The position numbers were made by a program, and so were the translations under genes. Under the pieces are notes generated by a model. That model had not been told where the DNA came from and did not search any database. It saw nothing but the letters and a program-made list of their open reading frames with translations. Positions 19,926 through 29,592 of a stretch of DNA of 64,000 bases are shown here, in pieces. How positions within the stretch are numbered: the first letter of the stretch is position 1; each line of letters opens with the position of its first letter. This DNA comes from Gemmatimonadales bacterium. GTDB lineage: Bacteria; Gemmatimonadota; Gemmatimonadetes; Gemmatimonadales; GWC2-71-9. The DNA lies in contig JBFJCP010000021.1 of the NCBI GenBank assembly GCA_041615815.1, forward strand, positions 1-64,000. Direction: 5' to 3'.

Positions 19926-22151
19926 ATGCGTCGATTGGTCGGAGGTGGTTGCGGTCGCAAGGTACGAGACCCCGGAGCGAGCGTCAATCGCGAGGTGGTG
20001 AGCGGGTGGAGGCGTGTGTCCCCGGTCCCCGCGGTGATCGTCCTGGCGAGTGTCCTGTTCCTGCCGGGGGCGCTCGATGCCCAGAATGGCGACGACGAGG
20101 AAGACCTCGTGGTTCGTGGACTTTCGTTTACGGGCAACCGCGCCATCGACGATTACACGCTCCGGGTATCCATTGCCACTTCCAACTCGTCCTTCTTCGC
20201 CCGGGCCATCCCGTTTCGCTGGTTGGGGTTCCTGGGGGAGAAGAAGTACTTCGACGAGCGCGAGTTCCGGTTGGACGTTCTGCGCATTCAGACGCTGTAC
20301 CGCGCCAGCGGCTACGTGGGGGTTCAGGTAGATACCACGGTTCGCCGCAGCGACAATTCCGTGAGTCTCAGTTTTCGCATTCGCGAAGGCCAGCCGATCC
20401 GCATCACAGCGCTGTCCGTTGGTGGTGCGGACGAGATCGTATCCCAACGTCGGCTCTTGGGACGGATTCCGTTGCAGGTGGGCGACCCCTTCAACCGGCT
20501 GTTGATTCAGGCCTCGACCGATACCATTCGTGCGGCGCTGCGAAATCGGGGCTATCCCTACGCCGAGGTGTTCCGGAACTTCGACGAAGATCGCGAGAAT
20601 CTCAGTGCGGACGTGCGTTTCGAGGTCGATCCCGGGCCGTTCGCAAGAATCGACACGATCGAGATCGTGGGGAACGACGAGTACGACGACAAGGTGATCC
20701 GGCGAGTGCTCTCGGTCCGGGAAGGACAGCCGTTCAGCCAGCGTTCCCTCAACGAGAGCCAGCTCGATCTCTATCGCTTGAATGCCTTCAATTACGCCAG
20801 CGTCGTGCTCAAGGATTCTCTTCCGGAGTCGCTTGACGACTCGTTGGTGACCGTGCTGGTCCAGGTTGCCGAAGGGCCGCTGCGGCGCGTGCGTCTCGGC
20901 GCCGGGTACGGTACGATCGATTGTTTTCGGACCAGGGGGTCGTGGACGTTGAATAATTTCATGGGTGACGCCCAGACCCTTGAATTGAATGCCCGCGTCT
21001 CTCGTATTGGGGCCGGCGATCCCCTCACCGCCGGCTTCGAAGAGTCGGTGTGCCCAGGTTTGCGTCGAGAGGACTCACGGTTCCTCAAGCTCAACTACAA
21101 CGTGTCGGTAGCCTTTCGGGAGCCTTTTCTCTTTGACCGTCGTACCAGCGCCACGTTGTCCGTGACGGCGGAGCGTCACAGCGAGTTCCGCGCGTTTCTG
21201 CGAGAGGCGTACGGTGGCGAGCTGGCGGTCACTCGCCAAACACCGGTCCGGGTCCCAATCACGGTCACCTATGCACTGATGTTCGACCGGACGGAGGCCG
21301 ATCCCGCCACCTTTTGCACGTTCCTGGACGTGTGTGATCTCCAGAGCACCGATATTTTCACGGAGTTCCGGCGGCGCTCGATGGTATCGGTCGGCGTCGT
21401 GCGCGATCGGACCGACTCTCCGCTCGATCCCACGCGTGGCACGTTGCTGCGCTTCGACGTACGGCACGCGTCCCGGTTCATCGGCTCCGATACGCTCCGC
21501 CAGTTCACCAAGGGGGTGTTCGACTTCGCGTCCCATCACCGCGTGGGCCGCCAGAGTGTGTTCAGCTGGCGGGTGCGGCTGGGCGGCGTCACCGGCCCTA
21601 CCATCCAGCTGACTGGCGACGAGGATCGCTTCATACCGCCGGAGGAGCGGTTCTACGGGGGTGGTGCGAATAGCGTGCGGGGGTTCAGCCAAAACGAGCT
21701 GGGGCCGCTGGTGCGTGTGCTCGAGCGATCCCTGGATACGCTCGTCATGAACGGCGATACCGCCTTTGCACCGGACACGGTGATCCGGACGTCGCCCAGC
21801 GGCGGGGATGCGGCATTGTTTGCAAGCGTCGAGTATCGCTTTCCACTGACACGGCGGCTCTCAGGCGCGATCTTCGTGGATGCCGGTCAGGTCTTCGATC
21901 GCAACGACGAACGCACCACGCCAGGTCTCCGCGTGACGCCGGGAGCCGGAATGAGACTCGCCTCGCCGATTGGACCCATTCGCCTCGATATCGGGTTCAA
22001 TCCCTACGAGCCGCAGGCGAGCCCGCTCTTCGAGGTTCGCGAGAGTCCCGACGAAGTGCTCGAACTCGTGCGGCTCCCGGATGATTTCGTGCCCCGACGG
22101 GGATTCTTGGGGCGCTTCCGGTTCCACTTCTCGGTTGGGCAGGCATTCTGA
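19926..22151 (+). CDS. tamA: BamA/TamA-family outer membrane protein with POTRA domains (start uncertain)
   Basis: POTRA repeats, RFYGGGANSVRGF, SPIGPIRLDIG, terminal SVGQAF; TGATG coupling to tamB. Confidence 0.85.
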   Translation: MRRLVGGGCGRKVRDPGASVNREVVSGWRRVSPVPAVIVLASVLFLPGALDAQNGDDEEDLVVRGLSFTGNRAIDDYTLRVSIATSNSSFFARAIPFRWLGFLGEKKYFDEREFRLDVLRIQTLYRASGYVGVQVDTTVRRSDNSVSLSFRIREGQPIRITALSVGGADEIVSQRRLLGRIPLQVGDPFNRLLIQASTDTIRAALRNRGYPYAEVFRNFDEDRENLSADVRFEVDPGPFARIDTIEIVGNDEYDDKVIRRVLSVREGQPFSQRSLNESQLDLYRLNAFNYASVVLKDSLPESLDDSLVTVLVQVAEGPLRRVRLGAGYGTIDCFRTRGSWTLNNFMGDAQTLELNARVSRIGAGDPLTAGFEESVCPGLRREDSRFLKLNYNVSVAFREPFLFDRRTSATLSVTAERHSEFRAFLREAYGGELAVTRQTPVRVPITVTYALMFDRTEADPATFCTFLDVCDLQSTDIFTEFRRRSMVSVGVVRDRTDSPLDPTRGTLLRFDVRHASRFIGSDTLRQFTKGVFDFASHHRVGRQSVFSWRVRLGGVTGPTIQLTGDEDRFIPPEERFYGGGANSVRGFSQNELGPLVRVLERSLDTLVMNGDTAFAPDTVIRTSPSGGDAALFASVEYRFPLTRRLSGAIFVDAGQVFDRNDERTTPGLRVTPGAGMRLASPIGPIRLDIGFNPYEPQASPLFEVRESPDEVLELVRLPDDFVPRRGFLGRFRFHFSVGQAF

Positions 22152-25100
22152 TGACTCGACTCGGAGTCTGGGCGGCGATTGCAGCTTGCTGGATTGCCGG
22201 GTCGTTCCTGGGTATGGCTGGGGTGGCCCTGAGGACCGAGGTGGGGCGGGAACTGGTCTCCCGCACCGCCGTTGGATTGTTGAACGATCGTATCAACGGT
22301 CGGCTCACGATGGGCGAGCTCGACGGGTCGTTCATTGACGGTCTCGAAATTCACGATATCGTGCTGCGCGGACCGAACGACGAGACAGTCATAGCGCTCG
22401 ATCGCCTGCAGCTGCGCTACCGTCTCGCCGATCTCCTGAGCCGCCGGATCGTCTTGGGCCAACTCATCCTGGAGCGACCGCGGGTGAACCTCACCCAGAG
22501 TCGGCCGGGCGCACCGTTCACGCTTGGCGAGGTCTTCGCGTCCGATTCGGGCGGCGGTGGGGGGTCAACATTCCTGATTGCCTTCAACGACGTCCAGATC
22601 CGCGACGGTTCACTTCTCATACGCACGCCGGCCGACTCGATGGACCCGGGTGTGGTGGAAGGAGAAGTGGGTGCGGAGAGTTATCTGCGTCTGCGCCGGA
22701 TCGAAGGGATCACGGCGGAGTTCGACTACCTCCGGGTTTCCTCGCCCCGTCCCGAGGACCGTGGCCTGCTCGCGAACATCAGCAGGCTCGGCGCTTCGGT
22801 CTCCGATCCCGCAGTCAGTGTCGCGAATCTCGCTGGACGAGCACGGCTGGTCGGAGATTCGCTCGAGGTCGACCTCTCCGAGTTGCACCTTGCTGAAACG
22901 CGGGCGCGAGCGCGTGGGGCGCTGGTTTTTCGCGGCGGCCTGTCACTCGATTTGGATGTGGAGGTCGACCCCATTGTCACCGACGAGCTTCGGGCGCTGA
23001 TACCAGAATTGCCCGCGGGGCTTCGGGGGTCGGCGAATGTCCGAGTCAATGGATCGCCGGACGGCGTGCTCAGGACCGATGCGCGCGAGCTGGATCTCGC
23101 GGGTATCGGTGGTGGGGGTGACGTACGTGGCAGGCTGGGAATCCTGTTGCGCCCCGGAGGCAACTGGGCATTTCGGGACACCGATCTCGATCTCCGTACC
23201 TTCGATCTCGAATATGTCCGGGGGTTCCTCGACACCCTCCCGGTGGCCGGACGCCTCACTGGCAACGTCAAGGCCGTGGGCCCCAAGGAGCGTCTCGCCG
23301 TTGAGATTGACGTCGTGCTGCGGGATTCGCTCGTGGAGGGTTGGCCCGAGTCACAGATCCGGGGTGCCGGCGATCTTCGGTTAGACGAGGGTCTTGTGTT
23401 TGACGGATTCCGCTTGCGCAACACCCGGCTCGATTTGGCGACCGTGCGGCGCATGCTCCCCAGCATCCAATTACTCGGTAGCATGCTGGCGAGCGGGACG
23501 CTCAATGGCCCGTGGAACGAGATGCGGTTCAACGGGACGCTCCGGCACCGGCACGCACCGGGACCGGAGAGTCTGGTGCGGGGCACGATGCGGGTGGACG
23601 CCACGGGTGATCCGGTGGGCGTGTGGGCAGACGTCTTTCTCGATTCGCTCCGTTTCGAGGGCCTCAGGTCCAGTTACCCGGCCATCATCGTGGGAGGGTC
23701 CTTTGCGGGGCGGGTGCTTCTTTCCGGGTACATGGACTCGCTGCAAATGGATGCCCGGCTCGCGGGACCCGCCGGCCGAATCGCCATCGACGGTGCGGTC
23801 CTTCTGTACGGCGGCGATTTGGGGGCGCACGACGTGGTGCTCGGGGCGGATCAGGTGAACCTGGAGCGCTTGCACCCGAAGCTGCCTCCCACGGCCGTCA
23901 ATGGCGACATACGGCTGGCGGGCGTGAACCGCCCGGCCACGCCCCCTCGTTGGACGGCATCGGTGGCGCTGAGTCGGTCCCTCCTGCGCGACGTGCCCCT
24001 GGACAGCGTTCTTGGCAGGGTCGTGTTGGGGGACACGCTGCTGCGGGTGGACACGCTGGACGTGTGGACCGAGGGAATGTACGCGGACGCCCACGGGGCC
24101 ATCGGCTTGGAGGCGCCGCACCGCGGCGTATTGGTGGCTAGAGCAAACGCGGACTCGATTGGTGTATTCGAGCCGCTGATGGCGGCGTTGTTGGGTCAGC
24201 CGGACTCGGCCCTCGCCGCGCTGCCGCCTTCGGGGGCCGTGGCCATCGCCATGGAGCTTCACGGAGCTCTGGACGCGTACGAGCTCGAGGCACAATTCGA
24301 GGCCCGTGACGTGCGGCGAGCAGATATCTACGTCTCACGGCTGAGCGGCAACGTTCGGTGGCGGTCTCCCTTCGTAAATGCCGTGCTCGACGCGAATCTC
24401 GATTCGCTTCGGATGGGCGGCCTGTCGTTCAGTGGCTTGGAGGCCCGCGTGCGTGGTCACGCTGACTCGATGGGTTGGTTTGCGCGCGCCCGGTTCGGGA
24501 GTATCGGTTCCTGGATTGCCGGGGGACAGCTCCTGGTGGACACGGCGGGGTACATGGTCCCGCTGGATTCGATGGCGTTTCTGCTCCCCACTGGCGCGTG
24601 GTTCTTGGACTCCGCGGCCACGGTCGCCGCGAGCGACAGCGGAATAGACTTCGGGGATCTGACCCTTCGCAGCGCCACCGGCGCGGCTCGCGTATCCCTG
24701 GACGGACGCCTCCCGCTTCGGGGACCCGCCAGTTTGCAGGGGACCTTCGAGGCCGTGTCCCTGGGGGACGTGGCTATGTTGCTCCAGCGATTCTCCGGCG
24801 AGCTCGATGGCGAGCTGAGCGGGAGGTTGCGACTCGGCGGGATCGCGCGGGCGCCCACCATCGAAGCCACCGCGTCGCTGCGCGACGGTGTTTTCCAGAC
24901 TCTTCGGATTCCATTCCTCGACGGCGAGATCGACTATCGCGACCAGCATCTGAGTGGTGCCTTTGCGCTGTGGCGACGGGGCGAGCGGTTCGTGGAGGTC
25001 GACGTTCAGCTCCCCATCGATCTCGCGCTCACGGCGGTCGAGCGGCGGCAACTGCCTGGGGAACTCACCGTCCGTGCCGTGGCGGACAGCATGCCCCTGT

Positions 25101-26494
25101 CGTTCGTCGAGGCCGTGGTGCCGGTGATCCGGCGCAGCAGCGGGACCGCAACGGCCGACGTGGCGATCCGTGGCTCCTGGGAGGAGCCGGAGCTGGCAGG
25201 CCGAGTCACCATCCGCGACGGCGCCACGAGCTTTCCGGCCCTGGGTGTCCGCCACGAACGGTTGAACGGGACGTTGGTGCTCACCGGAGAGACGATTCGG
25301 ATCGAGGAATTCTCTCTGCGGAGTGGCCGAGGCACCGCGCAGGTGAGTGGCACAGTCACGCTCGAAGAGCTCACAAGCCCGCGCCTCGACCTGCGAATCA
25401 GTGCGCGGGACTTCCACGCCGTGAACCTGCGGGATTTCCTGAACCTCAACGCCACCGGCGAACTCGAGCTCACCGGCCCTCCGCTCGGCGCGGTGGTGAC
25501 GGGCTCCGGGACGGCCACCCGGGGGGAGTTCTACTTTGCGGACCTCATCACCAAGCAGGTCATCAATCTCGAGGATACGCTTTTCGCGTCGTTTGTGGAT
25601 ACGACGTTAATCCGTGAGCAGCGATTGGGGACCGCCTTCACGCGGCGGTTCCTCGATAGCCTGCGCGTGCAGAATCTCAGCGTCAGCATGGGCAACGACG
25701 TGTGGCTGCGGTCCAGCGAGGCCAACATCCAGCTCGCGGGTAACCTGACGGTCAACAAGGCGCGGAACGAGTATCGCATGACCGGGACGCTCGTGGCGCA
25801 ACGCGGGACGTATCGTCTGCCACTGGGACCGGTGACGAGGGAGTTCACGGTGACCCGTGGCGAGGTGCGCTACTTCGGAACGACGGACCTGGATGCCGAC
25901 GTCGACATCGATGCCCAACACGTGGTGCGGACTGCGCGTGGCGAGGATGTCACGGTCTTCGTGCACATCGGGGGCACAGTCTACGATCCCCGGCTCACGC
26001 TGTCCAGCGATTTTCGACCGGCGCTCTCGGAGCCCGAGATCATCAATTACCTGCTCTTCGGCGCGCCGAGCCTGCAGGCCTTGACGACCGACACACGCGG
26101 GCAAAACTCGGGGATTGGCGATCAGGCCGTCTCGCAACTCGCGGGTGTGCTCTCGGGTCAGCTCGAGTACGCGCTGATCTCGGACCTCGGGGTGCCTCTG
26201 GACTACGTGCAGATTCGCCCCGGGGACATCGGCAGGGGGCTCTCCGGGACTGAAATCGCGATTGGTAAGCAATTCACGTTGCTCGGGACGACGGCCTTTC
26301 TCACCGCGAGCCCGCGCATCTGTCCGAGGCAGGCGTTCAGCGCGGCCAACGTGGGCGCGAGCCTCGAGTTTCGGCTCACGCGCCACTGGTTGTTTGCCGC
26401 CAGCGCGGACCCGCTGCGAGGCTGTGATGGGTTGGCGACGTCGAACCTCACCTACCAGTTCGGACTCGACCTGTTGTGGGAGAAGAGCTACTGA
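22151..26494 (+). CDS. tamB: Translocation/assembly module TamB-domain protein
   Basis: 1447 aa, N-terminal membrane anchor, beta-rich body, C-terminal TamB/DUF490-like region (PRLTLSS...LSEPEIINYLLFG); follows tamA. Confidence 0.85.
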   Translation: MTRLGVWAAIAACWIAGSFLGMAGVALRTEVGRELVSRTAVGLLNDRINGRLTMGELDGSFIDGLEIHDIVLRGPNDETVIALDRLQLRYRLADLLSRRIVLGQLILERPRVNLTQSRPGAPFTLGEVFASDSGGGGGSTFLIAFNDVQIRDGSLLIRTPADSMDPGVVEGEVGAESYLRLRRIEGITAEFDYLRVSSPRPEDRGLLANISRLGASVSDPAVSVANLAGRARLVGDSLEVDLSELHLAETRARARGALVFRGGLSLDLDVEVDPIVTDELRALIPELPAGLRGSANVRVNGSPDGVLRTDARELDLAGIGGGGDVRGRLGILLRPGGNWAFRDTDLDLRTFDLEYVRGFLDTLPVAGRLTGNVKAVGPKERLAVEIDVVLRDSLVEGWPESQIRGAGDLRLDEGLVFDGFRLRNTRLDLATVRRMLPSIQLLGSMLASGTLNGPWNEMRFNGTLRHRHAPGPESLVRGTMRVDATGDPVGVWADVFLDSLRFEGLRSSYPAIIVGGSFAGRVLLSGYMDSLQMDARLAGPAGRIAIDGAVLLYGGDLGAHDVVLGADQVNLERLHPKLPPTAVNGDIRLAGVNRPATPPRWTASVALSRSLLRDVPLDSVLGRVVLGDTLLRVDTLDVWTEGMYADAHGAIGLEAPHRGVLVARANADSIGVFEPLMAALLGQPDSALAALPPSGAVAIAMELHGALDAYELEAQFEARDVRRADIYVSRLSGNVRWRSPFVNAVLDANLDSLRMGGLSFSGLEARVRGHADSMGWFARARFGSIGSWIAGGQLLVDTAGYMVPLDSMAFLLPTGAWFLDSAATVAASDSGIDFGDLTLRSATGAARVSLDGRLPLRGPASLQGTFEAVSLGDVAMLLQRFSGELDGELSGRLRLGGIARAPTIEATASLRDGVFQTLRIPFLDGEIDYRDQHLSGAFALWRRGERFVEVDVQLPIDLALTAVERRQLPGELTVRAVADSMPLSFVEAVVPVIRRSSGTATADVAIRGSWEEPELAGRVTIRDGATSFPALGVRHERLNGTLVLTGETIRIEEFSLRSGRGTAQVSGTVTLEELTSPRLDLRISARDFHAVNLRDFLNLNATGELELTGPPLGAVVTGSGTATRGEFYFADLITKQVINLEDTLFASFVDTTLIREQRLGTAFTRRFLDSLRVQNLSVSMGNDVWLRSSEANIQLAGNLTVNKARNEYRMTGTLVAQRGTYRLPLGPVTREFTVTRGEVRYFGTTDLDADVDIDAQHVVRTARGEDVTVFVHIGGTVYDPRLTLSSDFRPALSEPEIINYLLFGAPSLQALTTDTRGQNSGIGDQAVSQLAGVLSGQLEYALISDLGVPLDYVQIRPGDIGRGLSGTEIAIGKQFTLLGTTAFLTASPRICPRQAFSAANVGASLEFRLTRHWLFAASADPLRGCDGLATSNLTYQFGLDLLWEKSY

Positions 26495-27390
26495 TGGCTC
26501 GGGCGCTTCTGATCTACAATCCAGTGGCTTCCCGCACCGATCCGGAGATCGTCGAGTCCATTACCAAGGTCTTTGCGCGCGAGGGGTGGCAGGTGGACGT
26601 GGCGGGCACCACCCGGCCGGGGCATGCCGATGAGCTGGCGCGCCAAGGTGTCGAGGAAGGAGTGGACGCTGTTGCCGTCTACGGGGGCGATGGGACGGTC
26701 ATGCAGGCGGTCCGAGCGGTCGTGGGGCACGAGATTCCCGTTGGTCTCATCCCGGCCGGTACCGGCAACCTGCTGGCGGGCAACCTCGGCATTCCCCGCA
26801 AGCCGCAGGAGGCGGCCCGGATCGTGGTCCGCGGGGTCTCCCGGGCGATCGACCTGGGTCGGGTCGAGCGGGATGCCGAAACGCACTACTTTGCCGTCGC
26901 GGCTGGTGCGGGACTCGATGCCATCATCATGGGCGGAACCTCGACGTCGGCCAAGCGCCGCTGGGGCATGGGTGCGTACATTGCCACGCTGGCGGGCACG
27001 CTCTCCGCGCTCAAGCCCATTCCGTATCGCATTACCGTGGACGGGACCACGCTGCACACCGATGCGGTGACCGTGCTCGTGGCGAATTGCGGTGAGATCA
27101 TTCCCGGGCTTCTCCGTCTCAAGGAGGACATTCGGTTCGACGACGGTTTTCTCGACGTCGTGATCCTCCGAGCGGAGACGGCGCTTCGGGGGATTGGCGT
27201 GCTTGGCCGGCTGCTCTTGGGCCGGACCACGGACACGCGACAGATTCGCTATGCGCGCGGCAGGTGCATCACCGTCGAGGCGGACGAAGTCCGACCGGTT
27301 GAAATGGACGGCGATCTGGCTGGCGAAACCCCCTTTACCGCCGTGGTGGAAGCCAGCGCCGTGCGGGTGTTGGTCCCGAACGGTCGGTGA
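26494..27390 (+). CDS. Diacylglycerol kinase-family lipid kinase (YegS/DagK)
   Basis: IYNPVAS, GGDGT, PAGTGNLLA, GLDA, DDGFLDV, MDGD. Confidence 0.9.
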   Translation: MARALLIYNPVASRTDPEIVESITKVFAREGWQVDVAGTTRPGHADELARQGVEEGVDAVAVYGGDGTVMQAVRAVVGHEIPVGLIPAGTGNLLAGNLGIPRKPQEAARIVVRGVSRAIDLGRVERDAETHYFAVAAGAGLDAIIMGGTSTSAKRRWGMGAYIATLAGTLSALKPIPYRITVDGTTLHTDAVTVLVANCGEIIPGLLRLKEDIRFDDGFLDVVILRAETALRGIGVLGRLLLGRTTDTRQIRYARGRCITVEADEVRPVEMDGDLAGETPFTAVVEASAVRVLVPNGR

Positions 27391-27441
27391 ACGAAGGCCC
27401 GCCGCGCGGGCCGTCCGGAGTCTCCAGAGAGGACTTGGAAC

Positions 27442-27627
27442 ATGCCGAAAGAAGTCGATGCCATGGTGTGTCGCGCATGCGGCAATCAGGAGCGTGCCTC
27501 GGAGGGATACCCTTGCGATGGTTGCGGCACTTTCATCTGTCTGATCTGCTCCATGCGCGGCGTCACGCACTGCAAGAACTGCCGCGACCAAGGCGCCGAC
27601 GCAGCCGCCCCCCCCGAACCCAGCTAA
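27442..27627 (+). CDS. Small 8-cysteine zinc-finger protein
   Basis: 61 aa with CxxC-x11-CxxC-x4-CxxC-x7-CxxC; GAGGA SD 8 nt upstream. Confidence 0.75.
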   Translation: MPKEVDAMVCRACGNQERASEGYPCDGCGTFICLICSMRGVTHCKNCRDQGADAAAPPEPS

Positions 27628-27701
27628 CCACCGCGCGAGCATTCCTTTCACTACACGGCGACGTCGCGGACGCACCGTCCGCGCCGGTGTATCTTTCCCG
27701 T

Positions 27702-28397
27702 ATGCGACGACTCATCCTCTTCGATATCGATGGCACGATCCTTTGGACGGATGGCGCCGGCCGGAACGCGATCCGGGACGCGCTGCTGGCCGAGATGGGG
27801 ACCGCCGGGCCCGTCACACGCTTCCGGTTCGACGGCAAGACCGATCCCCAAATCGTCGCGGAGCTCCTGACGGCAGCCGATCATCCTGCAGCGCAGTCCG
27901 AAGCGTCGGTGATGGCGGTGTGCCGTCGCTACGTCGAGCTCCTCGAACTAGAGCTCCAACAGCGCACTCGTCGCGTTCATGTGTTCGAGGGCGTGCAGAC
28001 GTTGTTTGAGGCCATCGAGGCTCGGGCCGATGCCTTGCTCGGGCTGCTGACCGGAAATGTGGAGAGAGGCGCCGCACTCAAGCTCACAGCCGCCGGTATC
28101 GACTCGGCGCGCTTTCGGGTCGGCGCCTACGGATCCGACTCGCCCCAACGGGCCGAACTCCCGGCCATCGCGGCGAGCCGCGCGGCGCCCATCATGGGTC
28201 GCACGCCGACTGGCCCGGATGTCGTCATCATCGGTGACACGCCAGCGGACATGACCTGCGGCCGAGGCGTCGGTGCCCGCGCCATTGGTGTTGCCACCGG
28301 TGCGTACTCGGTGAATGAGCTGATGCATGCCGGGGCGTACGCCGCGTTCGAAACCCTCAGCGACACCGCTCGGGTGCTCGACGCCATCGAGGCATGA
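27702..28397 (+). CDS. HAD-family hydrolase (phosphoglycolate-phosphatase-like)
   Basis: LFDIDGT, GKTD, LLTGN, IIGDTPAD. Confidence 0.9.
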   Translation: MRRLILFDIDGTILWTDGAGRNAIRDALLAEMGTAGPVTRFRFDGKTDPQIVAELLTAADHPAAQSEASVMAVCRRYVELLELELQQRTRRVHVFEGVQTLFEAIEARADALLGLLTGNVERGAALKLTAAGIDSARFRVGAYGSDSPQRAELPAIAASRAAPIMGRTPTGPDVVIIGDTPADMTCGRGVGARAIGVATGAYSVNELMHAGAYAAFETLSDTARVLDAIEA

Positions 28398-29137
28398 GCA
28401 GCCCGCAGCTCCTCCTTCCGCTGCGCATCCCCGAACTCGGACCGCACCTGGGCAAGTTGATCGTGGGTACCGGGCGATCGCCTGGTGGATTTCAGCTCGA
28501 CGCCATGCGCCACCGACTCGTTTCGCGTGTGCTGAACGCGGCAGGCGAAGCTCGCCGGCTGGCAGCACGTGGTGAGCGAGCATCGGCCGTGGCCGCGTTG
28601 AATCGCGAGGTCTGGCTCGAGTCGTGGGAGGAGGCCGTGTCCGGGGTGGCGGAAACGTTGATGGAAGTCGTGGATCGTCACTTGGCCGCAGAAGCCCAAG
28701 CCGTGAAGATGCCGCGCCGGTTACGGGCTCGCGTCGCACTCGGGGCTGCGGAGAAGCGGGCCCTCACGGCCCGGCTGGGATCCGCAGGGGCGGGGTTGGT
28801 GCCGGTGCTCGACGAGTTAGAGCGTCGAGGTGCGGCAGCGTTGGTGGCCACGGCGCGTGAGCGCGACGCGGTGGCGGCGTGGCAGGCAGGACTGACCGCG
28901 GCAGCCCGTCGGCTCGAAGCGGCGTGGATCGCACTCGAAGATGCGGTGGAGACGCAGGTGAGGCGGTGGCTCACGGTGGCGGATGACATTTCGCGGTGGC
29001 GCAAGCCACTCTGGCCGGTACTGGTGGTTGGGTCGTTCGCTCTGGCAGGCGCCACGTGGCTCGGTCTGGTCTTCGGGGGCTACGTGACGGCTCCGCTCTG
29101 GCTCCGCGGTGTCTGGTCCGCCATCGTCGGTCCATGA
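28394..29137 (+). CDS. Hypothetical helical protein with C-terminal membrane anchor
   Basis: ATGA overlaps with both neighbours; hydrophobic C-terminus LWPVLVVGSFALAGATWLGLVFGG. Confidence 0.7.
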   Translation: MSSPQLLLPLRIPELGPHLGKLIVGTGRSPGGFQLDAMRHRLVSRVLNAAGEARRLAARGERASAVAALNREVWLESWEEAVSGVAETLMEVVDRHLAAEAQAVKMPRRLRARVALGAAEKRALTARLGSAGAGLVPVLDELERRGAAALVATARERDAVAAWQAGLTAAARRLEAAWIALEDAVETQVRRWLTVADDISRWRKPLWPVLVVGSFALAGATWLGLVFGGYVTAPLWLRGVWSAIVGP

Positions 29138-29520
29138 ATGCCGTCGGCGTAGGCATCGATTTGGTCGAGGTCGCGAGGGTGATCCAGATGTTGGAGCAAC
29201 ACGCAGACCGGGCCGTCGAACGCCTCCTCACTGATGGTGAACGCGAGTACTGCTTTGCCCAGGCGCGACCCGCCGTCCACATCGCCGCGCGCTTGGCGGC
29301 GAAAGAGGCAGCGTTCAAGGCGCTCTCCCCCAGCGGTGAGACTGCCTACCTCCCGTGGCGTGAGTTCGAGGTCATACGAGCTCCCGACGGCGTCCCGAGC
29401 CTCAGGCTTCACGGCAAAGCCCGGGAGACCGCCGGGCGGCTGAAGGTGGCGTCCACCATGGTCTCCCTCACCCATACCCAAGAGCACGCAGCCGCGGTCG
29501 TCATCCTCCTTGCCGAATGA
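29134..29520 (+). CDS. acpS: Holo-[acyl-carrier-protein] synthase
   Basis: GVGIDLVE, AARLAAKEAAFKAL, GVPSLRL, VSLTH. Confidence 0.92.
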   Translation: MNAVGVGIDLVEVARVIQMLEQHADRAVERLLTDGEREYCFAQARPAVHIAARLAAKEAAFKALSPSGETAYLPWREFEVIRAPDGVPSLRLHGKARETAGRLKVASTMVSLTHTQEHAAAVVILLAE

Positions 29521-29527
29521 GGCGTGG

Positions 29528-29592
29528 TTGCATCTGCGATTGTTTCGGTCTAGATTGCGGTCGCGAAACTAGTTGAGAATGAGTCTCATTCT
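29528..29592 (+). promoter_or_regulatory. sigma70 promoter plus Fur-box-like palindrome over the FTR1 start codon
   Basis: TTGCAT-N17-TAGATT (29528-29556); perfect palindrome AGAATGAG-T-CTCATTCT (29576-29592) resembling GATAATGATAATCATTATC. Confidence 0.7.
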
